64,000 bases of DNA from Octopus vulgaris. Taxonomy: Eukaryota. Of this stretch, positions 1 through 11,003 are shown in pieces. The translations under genes and the position numbers were made by a program. Every line of letters begins with the position of its first letter. Position 1 is the stretch's first letter. A model generated the notes under the pieces. The model saw only the letters and a program-made list of their open reading frames with translations, was not told the origin of the DNA and did no database searches. The stretch lies in assembly GCA_951406725.2 (NCBI GenBank), contig OX597822.1, forward strand, positions 31,434,001 through 31,498,000. Direction: 5' to 3'.

Positions 1-142
1 TGTAGCCATATATTGCCATTTATTCTTATTTCTTTTTAATAAGCAAATGAGGGACAACGCGTAGTTAATCCCTTTACCAGAAAAGTAAAGAATGCACTTG
101 ACGTTACATCAAACGAGATACGTGGCTAGTTCGTGGTTTCAA

Positions 143-399
143 TATCTATTTCTTTACTACCCACAAGGGGCTAAACACAAACAGGACAAACAAGGACAGT
201 CAAACGGATTAAGTTGATTACATCGACCCCAGTGAATGTAATCCAATTATGTACCCCAAGTGGTACATAATTTATCGACCCCGAAAGGATGGAGAGCAAA
301 GTCGACCTCGGCGGAATTTGAACTCAGAACGTAGCGGCAGACGAAATACGGCTACGCATTTCGCCCGGCGTGGTAATGTTTCTGCCAGCTCGCCGCCTT
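143..399 (-). mobile_element. SINE with Deu/Nin-type central domain (group C), near full length
   Basis: Minus strand reads AAGGCGGCGAGCTGGCAGAA...GAGTTCAAATTCC (B-box-like), then GAGGTCGACTTTGCTCTCCATCCTTTCGGGGTCGATAAATTATGTACCA. This resembles the Deu/Nin SINE domain, and many relatives occur in the window. Confidence 0.8.
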
Positions 400-599
400 A
401 TCTTGAAAGTTACCACTTATCAACAACACCGGAGCATTGTAGTATGAGCTTAGTTAAAAGCTGTAATATCCATGGTAATTCATCTTTTAAGATATACATG
501 TGAATTAAATGAGGGGGTTATTACACGCAAAATTTTGAGCCCATCTTATATTTACACATCACTCTAATCGCTCCTATAGTATACAGAGAATAAACATTG

Positions 600-892
600 C
601 TTTCAAATTTTGGCTCAACGATTTCGGGGTAAGTCGATTACTTTAAATCCCACTAAAGTCAGTATGTAAAGAGTTTGTCCGCTGCGCTAACGATTCTGCC
701 AGCTCACTGACCTCAAAGAAAATAGATTTTGGCTTCTAATTTTTGCACAAAGCCAACAGCTTTGGGGGAGCAGGTAAGTCAATTACATCGACCTCAGTTC
801 TGAACTGGTAATTAATTTATTGACACTGAAGGGACAAAAGTCAAAGTCGAACTCAGAACGTAAAGGTGGAAGTTACTCTACCAGCTCACCGC
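600..892 (-). mobile_element. Two degenerate, internally deleted group C SINE copies in tandem (about 600-713 and 733-892)
   Basis: Both retain TTCTGCCAGCTCAC / CTACCAGCTCACCGC head ends and AAGTC(G/A)ATTAC motifs shared with 143-399. Confidence 0.65.
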
Positions 893-996
893 TCTCACAA
901 GGAGTAATTATGAACTTTAGAAATAGAAAAATAAACTTGCTTTTTAAAAAAGGGAAAAGGACAAGCTCTAATATATTAAAAAAAGTTTCATTCATA

Positions 997-1419
997 TACT
1001 CTTTTACTCTTTTACGTGTTTCAGTCATGTGATTGTGGCCATGCTGAAGCATCGCCTTTAGTCGAGCAAATCGACCCCAGGGATTATTCTTTGTAAGGTT
1101 AGTATTTTTCTATCGGTCTCTTTTGCCTAACCGCTAAGTTACGGGAACGTAAACGCACCGGCATTGGTTGTCAAGAGATATCGGGGGTACAGACATACAA
1201 ATACACACACACACACATACATTTATATATATATTTATATATATATGTATATATACGAAGGGCTTCTTTCAATTTCCGTCAACAAAATCCACTCACAAGG
1301 CTTTGGTCGGCCCGAGGCTATAGTAGAAGACGCTTGCCCGAGGTGCCACGCAGTGCGACTGAACCCGGAACCATGTGGCTGGTAAGCAAGCTACTTACCA
1401 CACAGTCACTCCAACGCCT
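997..1419 (-). mobile_element. tRNA-derived SINE group A with internal microsatellite, full length
   Basis: The head has A-box and B-box-like motifs (GGTTCAGTC), followed by a CORE-like CCTCGGGCAAG, an internal (TA)/(TG) tract and a (TAAAAGAG)n tail. It is colinear with five other copies in the window. Confidence 0.9.
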
Positions 1420-2889
1420 ATATGAGTTATGATACTGGAATAGCTGTTAAGCAGACTTGTAATTCTTGCACTTCGATATTGCCTTGTGATATATAATTCT
1501 AATTCATATTAGTTCTATGCCAAACGATCATAACTACTCGTAGATGACTGGTTATATTTCATTAGAGACATACAAAACATGGGTGATTGGAACTCATAGA
1601 AATGTCTTCAAATAGTGTATGACTCTTTAATTGCTTTATAACGGAGATAAAACTGGAGATTTTTCCATATAAGAGGTTTTAAATGTGTAACGATATATAA
1701 AATGTTACTTATTCGAATTTCCCAGATTTTTCGTTTGCATTAATCTACTCGAATATTTGTATGAAAGAGGGAAATTATTGTAGCAATATATAATGATAAA
1801 AACTGTAATCAGATGTCTCCTACGTATGTGTTTAACACCAAGGGAAATTTATAGAATTTGCGTGAAGCCCGCGATGTACATTTGACACTGAAGCATGAAA
1901 GGTAGGGTTGCAAAGCTAGATAGTAGATTTCGAATTGAAGCCTGTTTAAAAATGAGGAAGCATCGGCAGGGAAACAGAAAGATACTATTAAGTAATATAG
2001 TACAATCTTTTATTGGAAATCCCTCATTTTCGTGACATGGAATATAAAATATATGCGAAAATAGTATTTGACTATGAAGGAATAATCTGGAAACCAAACT
2101 TATATAATAATGAAAAATAGGAAACAGTTAAATGTTTTCCATTTTTAACTGTTTACTTCTAAACATACTCTTATTTCTAAATATACAAACCACTGCATTT
2201 TTCGTGGTGTAATAATTTCTAAATAGAAATTAAGATTTTGTATCCAACACATTATTTCGAGAAGCTATATAGAAGTACTTTGTTACTTTGACTAGAATAT
2301 ACTTTTTTAACTAACTAAAAATTCTGTATATTATGCAAAATCTGTTCATGCCAGGATTCGAAATCAGAGATATATTTCAAACTTAAATCTCCTATCTACT
2401 ACTTTGTTTCTGAAAATTTGAACAATATTATTTACTAATATATAATTACATTTAACATATATTAGTTTATATATTTAATATATATTATATACTTGTATAT
2501 GTACAATAAAGCTATTTTATTTACTATGAAATTGATCACGAAATTGGTAAAGAGACATTTATTGCATGTATTATTTGTTCATTTCACTTTCATTCAGGCA
2601 TTTTATTGTATAGATTTACATTATATTTGTACATAAAATTGCCAGTCAATCGCTTAATTTAATGAAACATAAACTCCTCTGTCTATTCGTACTTGTTTTG
2701 TTTCTTTTTTATGTTCTTATTTTTTTTTCATTTTAAAAGTATTTAAAAAGTATTTTTGAATTTTAGATAATTGTATATTGCTTGGAAATACAATTTTATA
2801 GCAGAACGTCATTATTAGATTAACCGTATAGCTTTGTAGTTATAAGCGTCTACATTTAGATCCTAAGAGATTGAAATGAGCAGATTTCT

Positions 2890-3040
2890 GTGTATGTATG
2901 TATGTATGTATGTATGTATGTATGTATGTATGTATGTATGTATGTATGTATGTATGCATGTATGTATTTATGTACGTATGTACGTATGTATTTTTATATG
3001 TATGTATGTATTAATCTATGTATCTATGTATCAATGTATG
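2890..3040. repeat. (TATG)n microsatellite with degenerate flank
   Basis: Direct reading of the sequence. Confidence 0.95.
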
Positions 3041-3329
3041 TGTGTTTGCGTTTTTGTGCGCATCTCAATGGAGGTACAATTTTAAAACTCTTCTTTACCA
3101 CGAGGCCATACATTGTCTAACATCATTGTCACATATATTGTTAAGTATGCTTATGCTTAACAAAAAAAAAAGACTTATCCACGTATACATTGAAATATAT
3201 TATAGGATTGCTATTTACTTTATATTTCAGCGCAGACATTGTGTGGTATATTTATATGTTAGAGTTTTACCTTTTGGAAATTCATACTTGACCAACCTTT
3301 GTCATGGCAAGCATACAAACACACGTTCA

Positions 3330-3401
3330 TATATACATACATACATACATACATACATACATACATACATACATACATACATACATACATACATACATAC
3401 A

Positions 3402-3435
<34 letters not shown>

Positions 3436-3498
3436 CATGCATGCGTACATACATACATACACACATACACAAATATACATGTATATTATATATATGTG

Positions 3499-3531
<33 letters not shown>
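3330..3531. repeat. (CATA)n and (TA)n microsatellites
   Basis: Direct reading of the sequence. Confidence 0.95.
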
Positions 3532-3534
<3 letters not shown>

Positions 3535-3535
<1 letters not shown>

Positions 3536-3900
3536 ACTGCTGATGAAGGTTAAGGATACAGAAATTCGGATCGAGGGGGGATATTGCAGCTATGGGGTGA
3601 TACTTGCCTGCTGGGGTTACATTTTTGTGTTGTGAATGTATACAACAATTCAGAATGCTTTTAAGGGTATATGTGTGGTTTTATTTTTATAATTTTGTCA
3701 AATGAAGAAGTGTCGCATCCTAACACTTTTCCCTGAGACGGTGGAGCAAAAATAGGGATCGCTTTTCCGACCAGTAAACATAACCCAAAAGCTTACTATA
3801 GAACTGACTCTGATGCAGACACGAAAGCACTAAGAGGTGTAAAGTCAGTTGTCATTAAGTCTAACACTTGCTAAACGACTGGTGGTTAACAACAGCAGTT
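3535..3900 (+). mobile_element. Probable Penelope-like element pseudo-LTR fragments with degenerate hammerhead-like motifs
   Basis: Begins at the edge of a (TA)n tract. CTGATGA at 3540-3546 is followed by GAAA at 3561-3564. A second motif, AACTGACT-CTGATGC-AGACAC-GAAA-GCAC...GTGT-AA-AGTCAGTT (3802-3850), has an 8-bp stem I. Confidence 0.45.
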
Positions 3901-5765
3901 ATAACACTAACATTTGTGTGTATATACCCTATTATAACAGATATTTGGCCATTTTGTATACCACAGGAATTATGCCAAACAAAGTGTCAGAGTTTCTAAA
4001 TATTCATTGACCAACTTCCAAAGACGTTGGATTGTAGGTTTGAACCTCTTGAGCGATTCACCGCGTCTCCAGTATAAAAATGAACACCTTTCTTATTTTT
4101 GATTTACATTATATATGTGGATGAATGAATATGAAGCACTCTGGGTACATATTTCTAGAGCAGAGCATTACAGAAGAAAAGGTGTTTCTATTTTGTTTAA
4201 TGGTTCAAAATGTTCAGCTTAGCATTCACGCATGTACAAAAGCACGCCTATGCATATATGCATACATGTAAATATGCAAGTGGGTGTAACTGCATCCCTT
4301 TGATGTTGGTTATATTTCACGCTATGCATTACATCCATCTGTACATCTTTATTAAATACGATTTTGTAGAACTCAATAAAAGCTCTTTTTTGTACCATTC
4401 AATACACATTAATTCTAAATGTATGCGTTTCTTATATTCATATTTCTGGCAAGATATGCGCAACTTCAAATATATTACATGATATTCATATTGTAGCAAA
4501 AGCTAGACACAGTTTCACCAACACATACACATATAGAAACAATTACAAATCTACTCTCCTCCTCTCCACACACACGTCTTTCGTCTCAGACTCAGCGGCC
4601 CTGTTTACCTATCGCATTGAACAGTAATAAAATATTTACACCATATTAAACTCAGTCTATTAATTCGAATATCTTATCTTCCGATTCATCACTGTCAAAT
4701 ATGTTTCGATTCGCATTTATTCCTACGTTCATAATTATATCTTCCTGACTGCCCATAACCAATTAAATTATTAGTGTGTTAAACGAATTTCACTCCCTTT
4801 TCAAATGTGCACCGGAGAGAGAAATTGCCACAAAGTCGATTAGGAATAAAACTGACGGTATTTACTTAAATCTGAAATCAAATTTACTTGCCTAAACATT
4901 CATGTTCATCATTGGTTTTTAATTGAGGCGGAATAAATGTTTTATATGGTTTATTTGAAAATCTAATGGCTAAATATTTGCGTAGTGGTATCAAGCACAA
5001 AAGATAATCTATTTAGTGTATTCTATCATCTCTATAGACGCTTCTTTTGGATTTTAGTTTCAGAATTTTGCTGTTATCAATCTATTTATTTCTAAAACTT
5101 TCACCCCTTGTAAAAAGTACATATGCTGTATATAGAGCATTCATTTTCAAAAGGGTAACCTCAGGCATTCATGTTAGGTAGTAAATGCTAGTTACATTCA
5201 ATATGCTGAGTTCGTCGAAACTGTAGTAATGTATAATATTATGTAAGATATAGTATTTCATTCGCTCGATCACGTCTAAGGTTAGACTTCGTTTCGCATG
5301 CTATCATATTGGAGTAAATTATGAGAACTCTTTCATAGGCTAATTACATGAAGGTGCATATTCACATTGTACTATTTTCGAGTTGGATGATAACATTAGA
5401 ATTCCATTTAAAGTCACACTGAGAATCCTATTTAATTGCAGCACTAGCATGTTTGTATGTTGCAGTGGAATATTCTTTACTGCATCGAGGTTCTTCAGGA
5501 ATTAGGTTGAAGCATTATCAGTGAAAGAAATTCGGTTTCTTATCTTAATTCTTGTATTGTTACATATCTATGGTATAATGTTAGTGAAGCTAGTCGAGTT
5601 GCGCATGAAGCAAATATTCTAATTGGAAAGAATTGCTAAAACAAGTTCAAAATATCACGCTGCTTTTGACTAACAAATACCAAGGTAGCTAATGGTCTGT
5701 CTGTCTGTCTCTTCCTCTACATACATATATCTATACATACCTTTATAAATATACAAACATACATG

Positions 5766-5825
<60 letters not shown>

Positions 5826-5877
5826 CATATATATGTGTGTGTGTGTGTGTATGTATGTATGCATATATATATATATA

Positions 5878-6074
5878 GTTAATCCAAACAAGAAAGCACA
5901 AAAAAACACAACAACGCGAGGACGTGGAACAAATATAGTATTATTGGACGCTCAGGAAAGAAGGAGGGTTTAACGTTTCGAGCGGGCCACTTCGTCGGAA
6001 ACATAGGAGAAGGAAAGATCCAGAGAAGGGAAGACAGAGGAATAAAAATCGCCAACGGTACTCATGCGGTCACA
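5878..6074 (-). mobile_element. Penelope-like pLTR / retrozyme-like fragment embedded in microsatellite
   Basis: Bounded by (TA)/(TATG) tracts on both sides. Contains the hammerhead-like motif at 5968-6002 and shares CGCTCAGGAAA...TTTAACGTTTCGAGC with the adjacent unit. Confidence 0.6.
5968..6002 (-). ncRNA. Minimal type I hammerhead ribozyme-like motif (variant core CCGACGA)
   Basis: Minus strand: GUUU-CCGACGA-A-GUGGCCCGCUC-GAA-ACGU-U-AAAC. Stem I is GUUU/AAAC and stem III is the palindrome ACGU; stem II is imperfect. Confidence 0.5.
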
Positions 6075-6106
6075 ATATATATATGTATGTATGTATGTAT
6101 ATATAT

Positions 6107-6315
6107 AACGGGAAGCTTTATGAAAATAGACAAAAGACGAAGGCAGGTGGAAAACAAACGAACAATTGTATTAGTATGGCGCTCAGGAAATATAAATAAA
6201 ACAAGTCTTTAACGTTTCGAGCCTACGCTCTTCAACAGAAAGATACACAGAGAGAAAAAAAACACAGAAAGAAGGAGAGAAAAAAAAATGCGTGCAGTAG
6301 CTAACGAATCAACAT
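6107..6315 (-). mobile_element. Second Penelope-like pLTR / retrozyme-like fragment, tandem to 5878-6074
   Basis: Bounded by (TA)n. Same motif order as the previous unit; hammerhead-like fold at 6206-6243. Confidence 0.6.
6206..6243 (-). ncRNA. Minimal type I hammerhead ribozyme-like motif (variant core CUGUUGA)
   Basis: Minus strand: UCUUU-CUGUUGA-A-GAGC-GUAG-GCUC-GAA-ACGU-U-AAAGA. It has a perfect 5-bp stem I, a 4-bp stem II with tetraloop and a palindromic stem III. Confidence 0.65.
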
Positions 6316-6390
6316 ATATATATACATGTATACATATATATGTGTATATATCTATCTATCTATTTATCTCACTCTCTATATGTATGTATG

Positions 6391-6424
<34 letters not shown>

Positions 6425-6494
6425 TGTATGTATATATACACACACACATATGGCGTATGATTTTTTTCAGTTTTTTGCTGAACGACCTGCACAA

Positions 6495-6680
6495 ATGATT
6501 TGTTTATAGTGATCAAATGTCCGAGCCGCACATTAACTCACTCCCTATACATCGAATTAACGTTGCCTTATCAGGTGCACTGTGTACAAAGCGTCAGCAG
6601 TCGAAGTGATCACTGAGCAACGTGAGCTGGAGCGTTTTGCTAAAGAGCACAACCCACGTCTCTATCTAAGAATTGAAATA
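6495..6680 (-). mobile_element. Degenerate, head-truncated SINE related to group B
   Basis: Minus strand GTTGTGCTCTTTAGCAAAACGCTCCAGCTCACGTTGCTC matches the group B core; the tail differs. Confidence 0.55.
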
Positions 6681-6690
6681 TTTTTTTTTA

Positions 6691-7086
6691 TACTTGTTTC
6701 AGTCATTTGAGTGCGGTCATGCACGAGCACCGCCTTTAGTTGAGCAAATCAACCCCGGGACTTATTCTTTGTAAGCCCAGTACTTATTCTATCGGTCTCT
6801 TTTGCCGAACCGCTAAGTGACGGGGACGTAAACACACCAGCATCGGTTGTCAAGCAATGCTAGGGGGACAAACACAGACACACAAATACACACATACATA
6901 TATATATATATATACATATATACGACAGGCTTCTTTCAGTTTCCGTCTACCAAATCCACTCACAAGGCATTGGTCGGCCCGGGGCTATAGCAGAAGACAC
7001 TTGCCCAAGATGCCACGCAGTGGGACTGAATCCGGAACCAAGTGGTTGGTTAGCAAGCTACTTACCACACAGCCACTCCTGCGCCT
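6691..7086 (-). mobile_element. SINE group A, full length
   Basis: Colinear with 997-1419; head AGGCGCAGGAGTGGCTGTGTGGTAAG on the minus strand. Confidence 0.92.
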
Positions 7087-7094
7087 ATGTACAT

Positions 7095-7270
7095 TGGTTT
7101 CATATTTTGGCAAAAGGTTGGCAGTTTTGAAGTGAGGGGTGTGCAAGTCAATCACTTCGACTCTAAAACGCTTCATTGGAATTCTATTTTAATTTTGCCG
7201 AAATGAAGAACGGCAACTCAACCGCGTAGGAATTTGAAACAAGCGGAAACAATGCGGCCAAGCGTTTTCT
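7095..7270 (-). mobile_element. Old degenerate group C SINE between two inverted group A SINEs
   Basis: TTTTGGCAAAAGGTTGGCAGTTTTG, AAGTCAATCACTTCGAC and GGAATTTGAA motifs occur in group C order. Confidence 0.55.
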
Positions 7271-7288
7271 TTCATGTACACAAAGAGG

Positions 7289-7673
7289 AGGCGCAGGAGT
7301 GGCTGTGTGGTAAGTAGCTTGCTAACCAACCACATGGTTCCGGGTTCAGTCCCACTGCGTGGCATCTTGGGCAAGTGTCTACTGCTATAGCCCCGGGCAG
7401 ATCAATGCCTTGTGAGTGGATTTGGTAGACGGAAACTGAAAGAAGCCTGTCGTATATATGTATATATATATGTATGTGTGTATTTGTGTGTCTGTGTTTG
7501 TTCCTCTAGCATTGCTTGACAACCGATGCTGGTGTTTTTACGTCCCCGTCACTTACAATAAGTACTGGGCTTACAAAAAATATGTCCCGGGGTCGATTTG
7601 CTCGACTAAAGGCGGTGCTCCAGCATGGCCGCAGTCAATTGACTGAAACAAGTAAAAGAGTAAAAGAGTAAAG
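7289..7673 (+). mobile_element. SINE group A, full length with small internal deletion
   Basis: AGGCGCAGGAGTGGCTGTGTGG...GGGTTCAGTCCC...CTTGGGCAAGT...(TA/TG)n...GAAACAAGTAAAAGAGTAAAAGAG. Confidence 0.92.
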
Positions 7674-8478
7674 AATCTGCGAGCTTGTCCCCCTTACAAT
7701 AACGAAGTATTAAAAGTGGTTATTTTTTTCAAAAAGAAGCAACAAAATTGTACCAAGTAGACTGCGACTGTTGTTTATTTGCTGCATAGGATGAGGTTTG
7801 TGAAGCAGCGACATAAACAGAGAAATTGAGACAAAAAAAGAAAAAAAGAGTCGGAGACGAAGAGGAGATAGAGAAAAACATAGAGGTAGATCAGCAATAG
7901 AAAGATATGAACAGGGTGGAAGAAAGTAGGACGGTAAGTTTAATGAAAGTGCGGCAGCGGTTTTATTGAAAAGACCTGGTGTATTAGATATTTAAACTGC
8001 AGTAGATTTCAGCTTGTTGATTTTGCGAGCGAAATTTACTGAATATGCTATATATTCAGCGCTCAACTCTACCATATTGACATTCACCGTTTCTCTGTTT
8101 ATGCGCACACGCAGACACGTGTGCAATGTGTGTGCTTATTATTGTATGAGTCTGTATTTGTACGTATAAGTGCGTGCGTGTGTGTATTATTAATGGACAT
8201 ATTTGGTAAAAGATATCTGACTGATCTTGAAACGAGGAATTTCCGTGAGATGTGAATTTATGTGTGTGCGTATGCAATCATAAATTCATGCATAGAGACA
8301 CATGCAGACGCGCACACACACACCCGCCCGCACACACACGCTCACACACAAACAAACACAGAGAAAATTTGGAATATTGATAGAAATTACCTTTTTTTTT
8401 TAATTATTTAAAGTAATTATTAAAAAACTTATCAAAATATACACACAAATGTATTTGCGTGTATATGAAAAAACACAC

Positions 8479-8535
<57 letters not shown>

Positions 8536-8690
8536 GATAGAGATAGAAAGGGATAGATAGACAAATGACTATATAGATAGGTAGATAGACAGATAACTAG
8601 ATAGAAAGATATATAGGCAGATAGATATGTTGATAGATAAATAGATAGAGAGACAGATAGAGAGATAGATAAATAGATAAATAGATACAT
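8479..8690. repeat. (AGAT)n microsatellite with degenerate extension
   Basis: Direct reading of the sequence. Confidence 0.95.
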
Positions 8691-9263
8691 TGTGCCTACG
8701 TGTGTGTGTGTGAAAGAGAGAGTGTGTGAGAAGGAGAGACGCTAGGATGAATTATGTGTTACTGGCCTACAGGGAGGATGAGGGGAGATAAATCGCCCTA
8801 TCTTTTTTGTTAGTTTAGTAGTTTCATGAAAATGTAATGCAAACAATTCAAACACTAAATGAAAAATAATTACAACATAGCAAAAATTGTTGATATCATA
8901 AAAAGCTTGGATATTTACCTAATCAGTATATGATAAAGAATCCATTAACATCAAAATTAGTGAGATCCTGTTTGTGTTCCGTTGATACATTTCTCCTCTG
9001 TGGAAGTGTTGTTCACCGGTCAATGCTGCGAAATGAATGAAAGTACATTTGTGAATAATGTCAGAATACAGCTATGATTAAACTATGTAATTAATTAAAC
9101 TTAAATAAAATTATAAACAAGCTGATGCATACAAAACTCCTTAATAGGACAAAAATTTGAAACACAGAGCCCCTCTGTGTAAGAATTTTAGAGAGCAAAA
9201 AGAATGGAGAGATAGATCTACATGAAAAATTACATAAATTTTAAACAGTTATAAATTCATAGC

Positions 9264-9264
9264 C

Positions 9265-9297
<33 letters not shown>

Positions 9298-9298
9298 G

Positions 9299-9356
<58 letters not shown>

Positions 9357-9395
9357 ATATATCTATCTATCTATCTATCTGTATATATATATACA
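9264..9395. repeat. (ATCT)n microsatellite
   Basis: Direct reading of the sequence. Confidence 0.95.
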
Positions 9396-9894
9396 CATAC
9401 ATATAAATGCTTATACATACACACATTTACTCCTATATACACGACCTTCAACTTGACCTTCTCTCTATCTTTTCAACATTATCCTGTGTAAATCTTCATG
9501 TTTTCAAGCTGCATTCTATGAGCGATTTATTTATTATTTCTATCAAACATGTATCTTACAACTTATCTTGCCTCCAATCTGTCATATATTCATGTGTAAT
9601 TGTTGAGAAAATTGTGAATAGAAGCAAGTGTCTTGTGTTCAGGCTGAACATCCGCATAGACCTGGCGGCTACGAACAGCCTTTGGTCAGTATTCACATTT
9701 TGTAAAGAGATAATATGCTGGCCTATGTGCTGTTAAATCTATGTATCTATAATGAGTGTAATATTTTAGTTTAGCCCTATAATACAACAAAAGACTTTAT
9801 TAAAGAAACTAACATTACCAAAATATTTTCCCTGCATATTTTCTCTTCTACATTCTCAACAGTTCCACATGATCATTGGATCGATTTTAATAAA

Positions 9895-10110
9895 GTGGGA
9901 GTCATCCCGCAACCTCTGGAAGACATGTATGCTGCATCGTCTTTCTTCATTTGTCACAGATACTATAATGTCCTCTGATCTTCAGGATAGGCTCGTCGCT
10001 TGAATTGCCCCATTCCGGGGCCACTCGACATGCTAGTTTCCTCTACCCTTCCTATTCCTTGCATCCAAATATTCCAAATCCCACTACTTCTATGCCACAC
10101 GCTTCTTTTT
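9895..10110 (-). mobile_element. Possible decayed LINE (RTE-like) ORF C-terminal remnant
   Basis: GC-richer patch. Minus translation includes RNRKGRGN*HVEW, loosely like the GRGRP..W motif near RTE-clade ORF ends; stops are present. Confidence 0.25.
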
Positions 10111-10819
10111 CACTATTTATATCTAAGGGCCAACAGCTCTTAGAGTGGCGAAAAACAGGCTGTCAAGGGCTGCCATTTTATTAATTTCGCTTTTCAAGCA
10201 GATATTGCTGCTCAAATACTTCATTCTATGTCTATGTCGCAGTGTACTTTATAAACATGATAATAAACCATAGAAACTAAGCACATGCACTATAGGGTAA
10301 AAATAAAACTTATTCTCAACACGATGTGATTAATAGTCTTGGTTCACAATCAAATCGATCTTGATCAGGTTTAATACTGAAAGTCAATTATGAAGTTAGA
10401 TCGAAACATTAGATTAGATATAATATCTATTAGGCATAAACGAAATGACGTAATTTGCTAGAGCTTGTTACTTTTCGGCGCTGGCTAACTTTAAATTAAA
10501 AAGTTTTCAAAGTTTTTCCTGTGACCATATTATTAGGTTTACAGTGCTGTTTTAATTGATCGCATCGTACGTTATATCTCTTGTGTCTTGTAAATGTCTG
10601 AGTTCATTAAAGTTGATGCTCTATTTCAACTTCATCTCGTTAATCCATTATGACATTTTCTAAAATGTATCAATCCACCTGCTGCAGTGCTTTCTCTCTC
10701 TCTCTCGCTCATTATGCATAAGTGTAGTCCGCATAGTTATCTCGAGTCGGTAATACTGGGAAATAAAAGGTTACAGCTGCTCTAATAGTTCTTCATAGAA
10801 ACAGTGTGCACTATAATGT

Positions 10820-10820
<1 letters not shown>

Positions 10821-10907
<87 letters not shown>

Positions 10908-10960
10908 CAGCAGCAGCAGCAGCAGCAGTAGTAGCAGCAGTAGTAATAGTAGTAGTAGGT

Positions 10961-11002
<42 letters not shown>
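10821..11002. repeat. Compound trinucleotide microsatellite (TAT)n(TAG)n(CAG)n(TAG)n
   Basis: Direct reading of the sequence. Confidence 0.95.

Positions 11003-11003
<1 letters not shown>

Noticed and set aside
249-503. 84-aa ORF and other ORFs overlapping SINEs (6857, 7189, 19877, 36873, 39570)
   Set aside because: They fall within non-coding SINE sequence.
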